Below are positions 16,758 through 35,600 of a stretch of DNA of 46,932 nt, piece after piece. Source of the stretch: Ranitomeya imitator (lineage: Eukaryota). Numbering within the stretch: position 1 is the stretch's first letter; every line of letters starts with the position of its first letter. The stretch spans positions 10,788,001 through 10,834,932 of the forward strand of contig NC_091291.1 in the NCBI RefSeq assembly GCF_032444005.1, read 5' to 3'. The position numbers and the translations under genes were made by a program. The notes beneath the pieces were generated by a model that was not told the DNA's origin, searched no databases, and was given only the letters and a program-made list of their open reading frames with translations.

Positions 16758-19700
16758 CTACCCCCCGTTCTACGAGGGACCTCCGAAACCTCAGAACTGG
16801 GTTTATTAGCTTGTGCCACATTAAAAGATAAGATCAGCCTGGACGCGTGGACGTCAGATGCTGTGGTTAACCACATCCTCTCTTCAGGACCATATCCCTT
16901 CCAGTGTACCAGATATTAAAGCGACCGACGAACTAAGTGAGAATCAACGATTTTTGGCTATTTGGAATTCCAAATTTCCATCCACAATGACTGGAGATGG
17001 CAGTAGCGGTGATGGTACAGTGGACGCAAAGAATTTTTGTAGTAGAGTTCAATGAAACACACTATGGATCCTAAAAGTGAGCAGCAAGGCGGAATGCTAT
17101 GGGGTTTGATGACGGCCACAATCTTATAAGGACCCAAGGGGGAACCTTCAACTTAATGTTCCTGGAGGACAACCACACCAAGTCACCAACACACAGGTTC
17201 GGACCCACCAAACTTCTCAGCACACTCTTATATTTGGACCCCATCTTCCTCAAATTATCAATAACCCCTTGCCACACAGACGTAATTGATGATAAAAATT
17301 GTTCTTCTTCAGATATTCTAGAAGAACGATTCCTATTAAATGAGCTGAAGTGAGGATGAAACCCGTAAGCCCGAAAAACGGGGACTTACCAGTAGACTCA
17401 TGACAACAATTATGTACCGCAAATTCAGCTAGAGGTAAGTAAGTAACCCAGTCCTCCTGATTCTCAGACACAAAACACCTAAGATAAGAGTCTGGTTAAC
17501 CCGTTCAGTTTGCTCATTAGACTGCAGGTGAAATGCTGAAGAAAACAACAGCTGCATCTCCAAACGAGTGCAAAACGCCATTTAAAATTTGGGAATAAAC
17601 TGCACCCCCAAGTCAGACACAATATCAGTAGGGATCCCATGTAATTTTACCATCTCACTGATGAAAACCTACGCCAAGGTCTTAGCGTTAGGTAAAGCGA
17701 GTAGCGCAATAAAATGTGACATTTTACTGAATCTGTCCACCAAAACCACCAAAATTACAGTATTACCTGCCGGCACGAGTAGATCAGAGACAAAATCAAA
17801 AGATAAATGAGTCCAAGGTCTACTGGGAATCGTCAATGGTTGGAGAGACTCAGATGGATGAGTATGAGAGGTTTTAGAATGTTCACAGACAATGCAGGCA
17901 GCTACATACTCCTGGACATCCTGCTGTACCCCTAACCACCAAAAACGCCGAGTAAGAAGAACTGTGGTGGCTTTACTACCATGATGTCCGGCCAAGACTG
18001 AATCATGATGATCTCTCAGATGGAGATTCACCGGCACAAACAGTTTACCAGATGCCATTTACCAGGAGACGCACCCTGTAACGATACAGCCCACACCCCC
18101 ACTGCAGATGCGTCAACTTCTAAAATGAAAGACTGAGTGACGTTAGGCTGTACGAGAATTGGTGCAGATGCAAAACACTCCTTCAAGGTATCAAATGCCT
18201 CCCTGGCTGGACTTTTTGGGAAAGTCTGTCCCTTTTCTGGTCATATCATCAGAGGTTTGGCCACTGCCCAAAAAATTTTCATGAACTTACGGTAATAGTT
18301 GGCGACACCCAAATTCTGCTGTAACACCTTAAAATCCTCAGGATAATCCCACTCCAGTACTGCCCGGATGTTCACCGGATCCATGCAAAAACCAGTGGAC
18401 GATAGCACATATCCTAGAAAAGGGATCTCCTCAACCGAGAACACACATTCCTCTGGTTTGACAAATAATTTATTGTCTCTGAGTATCTGTAAGACCTGCC
18501 TGACATGTACCTGATGTAACTCAGGGTCAGGTGAATAAATTAATATGTCATCAAGATAGATCACAATAAATATACCTGCAAGGTGACTAAAGAAGTCATT
18601 TACAAAGTGCTGAGAGATGGTGGGAGCATTCGTCAACCCAAATGGCATCACAAGGTTCTCATAGTGTCCCTCAGGCATATTGTTTTCCACTCATCCCCCT
18701 CTTTAATAAAAATGAGATTATACCCCCTCCCCTGAGACCCAGTTTAGAAAACCATTTAACTCCTACAATTTGATTAAAGAGGTCCTGGCTGAGAGGGAGC
18801 GAATATGGATCCCAGACCGTGATCTGATTGAGTTCGCGGAAATCTAGGCAGTCGCCTACCCCCCGTTTTTCTTCTTTACAAAGCAAAATCCCAGAGCAAT
18901 GGAGGATGAGGATGATCTGTTATGACCCTTTGCCAAACTTTCCACAATATAGTCCTTCATGGCCTGCCACTCTGGAAGAGATATTATATAGTCCGCTCTT
19001 AGGCAGCTTAGCCCCACGGACAAGATTAATAGCGGAGTCATAATGACGATGGGGATGAAGTTCTTGGCAACCCTGCTCCGAGAACACATCCCCAAAGTCA
19101 TCCAGGTATTGAGGCATAGACTGAGCATCCACCCTTGCAAGCCGGATGCCCAGCACTTACTCCTGGATCTGAGGTCCTGGATCTGGACGAACCTAGCATC
19201 GATCAAGTTAAATCCCACCCTACTGTCCAGAAAGGCAGAAATAACTACCTTGTTTTTGCCCAGATGGATTTCAGAAAAATTGTGTCCTACCCATGGATGA
19301 GATATGTACATCCGGGTTGCTAATCACCCCGCAAGCTCCTTAGTTTTCCGGCGGCTGTTTACATTGAGATAGGGAAGAACACGTGCCCACGAAATTACCT
19401 TTTCTACCACAGTAATAACTTATTTCCCTTTGTACCAAACAACAGACTGCATTCCAGAATAAGTCACCTCACCCAACTGCATGGGTTCCTCAGATGACTC
19501 AGACCAGGTTTCCCTTTGTCCCGAACCTCCAGCACATTGAGGTGTCACTTTATGTCTCTGGCGAAGACGGTGATCCACCAAGATAGCCAGAGACTTGGCC
19601 TCCTCAAGGGAAGCTGGAGTCTCTTACAGGGCTAAGGCATCTTTCACCCTTACTGATGGCCCTTCACAGAACTGGCCATGGAGCGTGATGTCATTCCACA

Positions 19701-19955
19701 GAGTGTCAGCGGACCATCTCCGAAGCTTAGAGCAATATTCCTCAGCTAGCCGGTCTGCCTGCCGAAGTTGATGTAGTGTGGACTCAGCCAGGGAGACACG
19801 GTGGGGGTCATCATATATATGACCTAGTACCAGAAAAAAATCTTCCACTGTCTGGAGCAACAGGGAGTCAGACAGGAGATAGAATGCCCATACTTGTGGG
19901 TCACCCTGAAGGAGAGAGATTATTATCCCCACCCGTTACTCCTCGGTTCCTGAGG
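16066..19955 (-). mobile_element. Decayed chromodomain-bearing Ty3/Gypsy retrotransposon (gag-PR-RT-partial RH-IN-chromo); 5' LTR missing
   Basis: Gag (LLQGDPQVWAF...LRQ...AEEY), protease (AFLDS), RT (MPFGLTNAP, YLDDILIYS), integrase (HDSVLAGH...CIVC, PWTHLSFDF), chromodomain (YLVHWKGYGPEERMW). Many frameshifts and stops. Confidence 0.95.
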
Positions 19956-19981
19956 AACAAGGACGTTATCTCAAGTGCTAC

Positions 19982-21615
19982 AGTGTTACACGTGGGGACC
20001 ACAAGGCTCTGTCCTGGCAGCAGTGTTACACGTGAGGACCACAAGGCTCTGTCCTGGCCCCCGGGTTACAGGTGGGGACCACAAGGTTCTGTCCTGACCC
20101 CAATGTTACACGTGGGGACCACAAGGGTCTGTCCTGGCAGCAGTGTAACACGTGAGGACCACAAGGCTCTGTCCTGGCCCCCGGGTTAAATATGGGGACC
20201 ACAAGGTTCTGTCCTGCCCCAGTGTTATACGTGGGGACCACAAGGCTCTGTCCTGGCCCCAGTGTTACACATGAGGACCGCAAGGCTCTGTATTGGCCCC
20301 AGTGTTAAACGTGGGGATCACAAGTCTCTGTCCTGGCCCCAGTGTTACACGTGGGGATCACAAGTCTCTGTCCTGGCCCCAGTGTTACACGTGGGGACCA
20401 CAAGGCTCTGTCCTGGCCCAGTGTTACACGTGGGGACCACAAGGCTCTGTCCTGGCCCCAGTGTTAAACGTGGGGATCACAAGTCTCTGTCCTGGCCCCA
20501 GTGTTACACATGGGGACCACAAGGCTTTGTCCTGGCCCCAGTGTTACACGTGGGGACCACAAGGCTCTGTCCTGGCCCCAGTGTTACAAATGGGGACCAC
20601 AAGGCTCTGTCCTGGCCCAGTGTTACACGTGGGGACCACAAGGCTCTGTCCTGGCCCCAGTGTTAAACGTGAGGATCACAAGTCTCTGTCCTGGCCCCAG
20701 TGTTACACGTGGGGACCACAAGGCTCTGTCCTGGCCCAGTGTTACACGTGGGGACCACAAGGCTCTGTCCTGGCCGCAGTGTTAAACGTGGGGATCACAA
20801 GTCTCTGTCCTGGCCCCAGTGTTACACATGGGGACCACAAGGCTTTGTCCTGGCCCCAGTGTTACACGTGGGGACCACAAGGCTCTGTCCTGGCCCCAGT
20901 GTTACACGTGGGGACCACAAGGCTCTGTCCTGGCCCCAGTGTTACACATGAGGACTGCAAGGCTCTATCCTGGCCCCAGTGTTACAAATGGGGACCACAA
21001 GGCTCTGTCCTGGCCCCAGTGTTACACGTGAGGACCACAAGGCTCTGTCCTGGCCCCAGTGTTACAAGTGGCCACCACAAGGCTCTGTTCTGGGCCCAGT
21101 TTTACACATGGGGACCACAAGGCTCTGTCCTGGCCCCAGTGTTACAAATGGGGACCACAAGGCTCTGTCCTGGCCGCAGTGTTACACGTGGGGACCACAA
21201 GGCTCTGTCCTGGCCCCAGCATTACACGTGGGGACCACAAGGCTCTGCCCTGGCCCCAGTGTTACACGTGAGGACCACAAGGCTCTGCCTGGCCCCAGTG
21301 TTACAAGTGGGGACCACAAGGCTCTGTCCTGGCCCCAGTGTTACACATGAGGACCGCAAGGCTCTGTCCTGGCCCCAGTGTTACACATGAGGACTGCAAG
21401 GCTCTGTCCTGGCCCCAGCGTTACAAGTGGGGACCACAAGGCTCTGTCCTGGCCCCAGTGTTACACGTGAGGACCACAAGGCTCTGCCTGGCCCCAGTGT
21501 TACACATGAGGACCGCAAGGCTCTGTCCTGGCCCCAGTGTTACAAGTGGGGACCACAAGGCTCTGTCCTGGCCCCAGTGTTACAAGTGGGGACCACAAGG
21601 CTCTGTCCTGGCCCC
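19982..21615 (+). repeat. 40-bp minisatellite (AGTGTTACACGTGGGGACCACAAGGCTCTGTCCTGGCCCC), ~41 copies, derived from a CR1 RT motif
   Basis: Period 40 (some units 39); the last unit runs in frame into the CR1 RT fragment. Confidence 0.96.
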
Positions 21616-21815
21616 AATGTTGCTCAACATTAAAATAAATGATCTAGGTAAGGAAACTGAAGGTAAACTGAAGAAATTTGCAGACGATGCAAAGTTAGGA
21701 GGGATAACTAACACTAGAGAAGACCAAGAAAGGGTTCAGAAGGATCTAAATAATCTTAGACAATGGACAGCAACTAAAAGATTGGTATTTAACAGGGAAA
21801 ATGCAAGATTCTAGG
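21575..21815 (+). mobile_element. CR1-type LINE reverse-transcriptase fragment
   Basis: PQGSVLAPMLLNIKINDLGKETEGKLKKFADDAKLGG...QKDLNNLRQW...FNREN parallels the CR1 consensus PQGSVLGPxLFNIFINDL...KFADDTKLGG...Q.DL..L..W...FN..KC; FADD is at 21677-21688. Confidence 0.9.
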
Positions 21816-22226
21816 TTTTTGTCCTGTGGAGCCAAAGACTGGACTTATGAACCAGAACAAAAGAAGATGTGAACTTGTAAAGACGTAGGGTGGACGGTGA
21901 ACCCTCAAATATTTTCCTTCAAGTTTCCAGACTACTGCCCCATTGTACACAGAGGATAAGAAACATAAAGACTCCATTATGCTTTGTTCGTTTCCGTATA
22001 TTTTTTTCCCCTAGTTATTTGTTCTCATAGATTAGATTTTCAGTGAATTCTGGAGAATTCTGAATCATTGTTTGATAAGGGCCGAGCGGCGAAAATGGAG
22101 GCAATGTGGCCATATTGTAACTACTACATAATTACCTCTTTATTATTACTCTGGGTAAACATCTGCTCAAATACAGAGCTGAAGATCTGGCGTAACGTTA
22201 CAAAGTCCCCGCCTCGACACATAATC

Positions 22227-22294
22227 TATAAAACCGCGGATTATGGTATCGTGTCCGCGTGTCTTCAGGCTCGGATCGATCAGACGACATAGAG
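22227..22294 (+). promoter_or_regulatory. Gene B core promoter and non-coding exon 1 (TATAAAA 22227-22233, donor after 22294)
   Basis: Paralogous to gene A exon 1 and donor; GC-box-like CCCCGCCTC at 22207. Confidence 0.6.
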
Positions 22295-23588
22295 GTAAGA
22301 GCATTTACAGCCCCACTATCATCCCATTCACTCAGGTGCTCTTCCTCACTTGGTCAAGTGGGGCAGATCACTGATTAGAATAACCCCCACACTAAAAAAA
22401 ATCCATAAAACTCTACACTTACCAGAAATGCTTATGCATTTCAGCCTATAGCTAATATTTTTACCTATTTCAATTCGTTTCTTTTTTTTAAATAATTTTT
22501 GATAATGGCCGACTAACCAAACTCCTAACCTAACTATGAGTCAATCCCAACAATGAGGTTGCAAAATCCTGATGATTTTCCATGGCAGATAAAAACCTAA
22601 CCTTTGTAGGCGACCATAATTTCCAGTACGGGCTGTAATACTGAAGATTAGAGTATGAACGATCAAATGATCACAGGTTCAAGTCCCCAAAGGGGACTAA
22701 AAAATAAATGACGTAAAAGCTTAAATTCAGCCTATTTTTCCCCAAGTTTAAACGTAATGTAAAAACATGAATTAATACCGCATCTGTAAGAATCTGATCT
22801 ATCAAAACGAAAAATGAATTATCCATAAGGTAAACACCGTAAATAGAAAACAAAAATATGCAATATCAAATGCACCTTAAAATTATACCAATAGAAATGT
22901 CAGCTCAACACACAAAAAAAAGCAAAAATAAAAATAAAAAAATAAAAATGTTATGGTTCTTAGAAAATGGCAAAAGCCGATGTTTTTGGGGTTCAGAATG
23001 TTTCCAGATGTTTTGATAAATCCTCGATTTATCATTTGCTACTTTTTTTTACTACACTAGTTTCCCCATTCCCAGAATTATTTAATGTACATCGGAAATT
23101 TTTGGTGCAAATTTTGCAACTTTTTGTAATAGAAAGATGCAAAAAAAAAAAAATTTTTACCATTTTTGACCTCATGAAAATTTTGATGATTTTGGTGCAA
23201 AAAATGCCGGCAGATACCATAAGAAAAAAGAAAATACCAAATATTGAATATGACCCTATATGTTGAAAAATCAACTTGTAATAATTTTTTTTTTTTTTTT
23301 TAAAGTGTTACCGGGAAAGCACACAATGAAAACAATAAAAATAAAAGCACCTGAAAAATGGCAAAATTGAGTTTTTTTCACCAATTCATATCATGTGAAA
23401 TTGTTTCCAGGACTTCTTTTTGTACATTATACTACACATACATATTATTTTTTAGATATAGCCATGTTGACGTAAAAATATAAAAGATATAATGCTAAGA
23501 AAGAAAAAAAAAAGTACAAAACTAAAAATTGCTCATCCTTAAAAGGTGAATGTTATCTCTATTCGGTATTTCAGAGAGCTCAGCCGAC

Positions 23589-30869
<7,281 letters not shown>

Positions 30870-31113
30870 GTGATCCACCGGCACATCTGATTGCCCAGGG
30901 CTTCTTATCGGGCAACCAAGAGGTCCTACAGAGCGGTGGGAGACCTGCCCCATGTCTGTAGTGCCCTCCCCCCGTAGAGACCACCCTTATGCATACACTG
31001 CCCTGCTGACTGGTCGCTGCGAGATGCCGCACATCATTGCTTCAAATAGCTGTCAGACATGTCAGCATAGCCACAAATAAGATGTAATCCGTCCATATAG
31101 GATGTCATGTGAT

Positions 31114-31119
31114 AATAAA
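31114..31119 (+). terminator. Polyadenylation signal of gene B
   Basis: AATAAA 245 nt after the stop, in a context conserved with gene A. Confidence 0.7.
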
Positions 31120-31589
31120 AGGCTTCTGACCAGGTGCCGCGTCCTCCGTGTGTACAGCCCATAGGTCATCAATATCAAATCGATAGACAACCCCTTTAAT
31201 TCTCTTGGGGCTAGGTAAGGCAGCCTTACGTCTGCAACATCGGAAATTGTCTAAAATTGGACAGGTCGGCAGCACTTACAGGCTCTATCACAAGGAGTTT
31301 GTAAGCGCTGCACTTTGGACAATGATATAGAACATAAAAAGACAAAAAAAAATTCCTATATTTTTCAGAAAGGAGAGGATTTTTTTTTAAAGGAGACAAT
31401 TTACAAAGTTGGGTGGACGTTGGTTAACTACCTGCACAGGTTAACATTAGTGAGATTGTTATCTTTTATTAAGGGAGAGAACTTTTGCATATAGTTTTCC
31501 CATGAAGCCTTAACAACAAGACACCATTTATATCTGGTCTTCTTAAGGAGAACAATAGAACTATTCCCCCATCCCAGAAGATATAGACG

Positions 31590-32300
31590 AGAAAGAAAAA
31601 TTGAAGCAAGAAGAATATATATGGATAGAAAGAGCAGAACTCCTGTCCTAGTTTATCCAACATAGGGCAAATTGTTCATCCTCATCGTTAAGCCTCCAGT
31701 TGTTTCCCAATGGCCATGAACTTATCTTCGTCCTTGCTCAAGTTTTGGGTCGAGTTGTTGGAGCTCTTTCTTTGCGAGTCAGTAGAACTCAACAAGTTGA
31801 AGACGCTCCCAATGTCCCACCATGAAATCTTCAACTTCTTGTCCAAAAATTTGAGCAAGACGAACGATGACCGAAGAGTAGAATTTATCGAAATCTCCTC
31901 CGTCTCCTCCTTGGAAATTCCGAAGTTCAATATGGAGATAGAGAAGAAAAATTGAAGCAAGAAGAATATATATGGATAGAAAGAGCAGAACTCCTGTCCT
32001 AGTTTATCCAACATAGGGCAAATTGTTCATCCTCATCGTTAAGCCTCCAGTTGTTTCCCAATGGGCATGAACTTATCTTCGTCCTCGCTCAAGTTTTTGG
32101 TCGAGTTGTTGGAGCTCTTTCTTTGCGGGTCAGTAGAACTCGGCAAGTTGAAGACGCTCCCAACGTCCCACCATGAAATCTTCAACTTCTTGTCCAAAAA
32201 CTTGAGCAAGATGTACGATGACCGAAGAGTAGAATTTATCAAAATCTCCTCCGTCTCCTCCTTGGAAATTCCGAAGTTCAATATGGAGATAGAGAAGAAA
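31590..32300. repeat. 351-bp direct tandem duplication between the convergent 3' ends of genes B and C
   Basis: AATTGAAGCAAGAAG at ~31599 and ~31950; paired ORFs 31688/32039 and 31710/32061 are each offset by 351. Confidence 0.92.
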
Positions 32301-32333
32301 TAAATAACCACGGAGAAGACAAGAGCTGAGAGA

Positions 32334-32339
32334 TTTATT
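32334..32339 (-). terminator. Probable polyadenylation signal of gene C
   Basis: AATAAA on the minus strand ~330 nt after the stop, followed by a T-rich stretch. Confidence 0.55.
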
Positions 32340-32670
32340 TTAATGTCAGGCAGATGAAAAGGAAAAAGTGGGAAAAAATGCTGCGAATCGTTCTACTGCA
32401 GAGGAACCTTCAACCTTTCGATGGGTTTGGAGGCCAGAAGAAGACACTATGGAAGTTATCAAAGAAGACAAGTCAAGGACTTCAATCATGTGAGGTCAAA
32501 CATCACAGACTTTGGACTTTTTGCATAATACGATGGTGGAACGTGAAATGATAAAACTAATCTTTCTAAATAATATGGTGTAATAAAGTTGAAAAGATTT
32601 AGAGAAGAAGGCGAGCGTTTGAAGCAGGGCCGAGTCTCCGAGATCCATAACATAATCTTCAGGTGGAGAC

Positions 32671-35600
32671 CTAGCAGTCTTCCTCATCGATTTGGCACGT
32701 GTAGTATTGACCTGATTGCACACAGATGTGACCTTCATCGCACTTCTTGTCTTCGCACAACACTTTCCCGCTGCGCCTACAAGAACACTGGGTGGTACAA
32801 CCTTCGTCGCTCCACATGGTTTGTCCAAAGCTTAGGAAACTATCTGGAGATACAAGAAGAAAAAAAAAGAGCTGAGAAATTGGCTCCATAAACTCTAGAA
32901 TTGTGGTTGGTTTCTACTTTCTGGTTCAGGTTCTTCCATGAAAGTCGAAACAGGCAGCTCGGGTATTGCCGTTGACCCTTTCTTCTATTGGCCACCAAAA
33001 CCTTGAGATATTTGGATTGGACCGAATGTTAGGAAAGACTTTTTGTCTAAATAAGTTCCTGGAATAAATCAGCTATTTAAAGGTTTTTTTTTTGTATTGT
33101 AGACATCAATTACCTATTTCTAGGAACTCATCGAACAAAGGAGTAAAGGAGCAAGACATCCCTTGGGCTCTCTGCTATAACACAAAAGTAGGATTGTGTT
33201 GGGTCACGAGTGATGCCAAGTGAAGAAAAAGCCACTGGGATCACTTTATATTGTGTAGAGCTGCACAGACTTTGTTTTAAGACCAAGTCTGGACCTCCAC
33301 TGGTCAAAATTGGTGGAATATCCTATCAACGTGTCTGCACTTTAATATTTTTATGTACAAGAAGCCCAGATGGTAGACCGCCGCTTTGGTGATGAGGAAT
33401 GGGGGACTAAGGACCCCCATTTTTGTGATTAGAAGGGAACACATACCTGAGTGCGTACAGCCACCGGGCACCTTGAATTCATCCACTCGGAAGACCCAGA
33501 GCCCGGGAATGCCAACATTGCTGGAAGACTTAATATTGATTATATGTTCAGTTCTGGAGAAGGGAATGTTGAAATATTCGGTATCGGTGTTAAATCCAGC
33601 CTGTTACAAGAAAAAAAAATGATATTACAGTATTTAATGGTCTACCCTCTATCATAGGCTTGAAATAGCCCCCCGCATTATGAATCGGTTGTATAAGCAC
33701 TGAGTCATGGTAACAGTCTGGTTTCAATGATGTAGACCTTTATTGGCCTTTATTCCCCATCACCAAATACATGTGTCATTTTCCCTTTTCAGATGTCAAA
33801 AGTGAAATTTCATTGTTGAACCAATTTTTTTTTTAAATTTGTATTATTTTGGAGAAACCTTCAAATTGTCAAGTGTCTTACTGGAATTTTGCAGTTGTTT
33901 GTTGCCTTTAGCGAACTTTTTTATACATACCTGGGCAGGGGTGCCTCCAAGACCCGTATGAGGGTCTCCACCGCTGGCTGTGCCGGTTGTCCACTGAATA
34001 TCTTGGTATCTAAACATGACGATGGACCTGAGACCATCAACAGTGAGGACGACCTGGAAGGTGTTCGTCTGGTAAGGGGAATTAGAAGAGAGCGTCAGTT
34101 ACGTCTTTTGGACGCCATCACGCGACTTTGATTTAGGAGGAAATAGTAATTTATTGATCCGAAATATTTGTTCTCTCGCTGCCGATTTCTTGGCCCCTAA
34201 CCTTGTCGGATTCGGTTCCATGATAGGCCACCTCATGCCAGGTGGCGATGAACGCCCATTCTGATGTAAAATCCATATCTTCAAACATTTTGTTTATGTC
34301 ATCGGATATGCGTTTCATCAGCGTTTCGTCCGTCGTCTGCCTGTAATGTATCGAACCTCCTCTTTCATTGTCGACGTCTCCCCAGTAGGGACAGATCATA
34401 AAGAGATCAGGAATGGGGAACGCGTCAGGAGTGTAGTCAGTCACCGGTTGTTTAAATGAGATCGCTCCATTGTTGTTCACCTGCGAAAGAAATGAGAATT
34501 CGCAATGAGATGATGAAGATGAACGATCACCGTAAACTGGATCATATGTAGAGTGCCCCTATTAACAGGGGCCAGACACTGAGTGCACCCATGTATACTG
34601 GCATCCAAACAGTGTCGCTATTAACAGACCATCCAAAGCGCTCTCGATAGGCAGTACCAGACACAGAGCGCATGTAGGAGAATCAAGATAAAAGGCTTTA
34701 ATGCCGTGCGGCTTCCAGGCCTGAACAAAAACATACGGAACTAACTCGGAGGGAAAAAGTTGCAGGAGGGACAGAATTAGGCAGTGCTCTGGGTCAGGTG
34801 GCGATGACGAAGCCAGCCTTAGATATAAAAGCACAGTGCGCCAAAAGGGGATAAGATTTGTCGCAAAGCGAAGTGACAGGTCCACTCGCTGCGGCCCAGA
34901 CATCCGCGTGTACCATCAAGTCCCCGACCCAGATTAAGACTGTCAAGCATTGAAGACCCAAATGATGCCGATCAAGGTTCCCGATCCAAACGATGTCGGT
35001 CAACAGCCAAGGACCAGCCCTCAATGATACAGGCCAAGGAAACACTCGTCAGCCATCAAGTACCGAAGAGACCCCAAGGATACCGGAGACTTGTGCCTGG
35101 GCTGGAGATTGGAGGAGATGTGTGAACCGGGCCGTCACTTTCATCGTGGACCTATGGGACCAGGCATGGGCAGGGGGAGGACTGCAGGCCAAATGGGGTC
35201 TGGTTGATGTTAAAGCGGCCCAGAGATCGCTGATAGACTTTTTTTTTAGGTAAACGTGCCACTTGTGAGATGGAGCAACAGCCCTCGTAAATTGTTGATC
35301 GCGCCCGGTGTCTCTGAGGTTGCATTCAGACCACCTGCTTACGTGCATCAATGTATACTGTCATCACAAAATACAGTTTTTAAATTAAGGTCTTCATTAT
35401 TAATGGAAAAAGAAATCCAAACCTACTGGGCCCTGTGCAAAAAAAAGGGATTCCTAACATGAATTAACTGTGGTTTATCACATCTTTGGGAAGCTGAGTT
35501 CACATTCCCTAGCCACACACAGGCCTTACTACTGCCCACTTTCCCAATCAAGAAATCCCTTACATAGGACCTGCCTGACAAAGTGAAGTAGACCAAACGG

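Noticed and set aside
19776-21633. Repetitive ORFs (WGPQGSVLAP..., GTTRLCPG...)
   Set aside because: Products of the 40-bp array; only the terminal part is a real but decayed CR1 RT.
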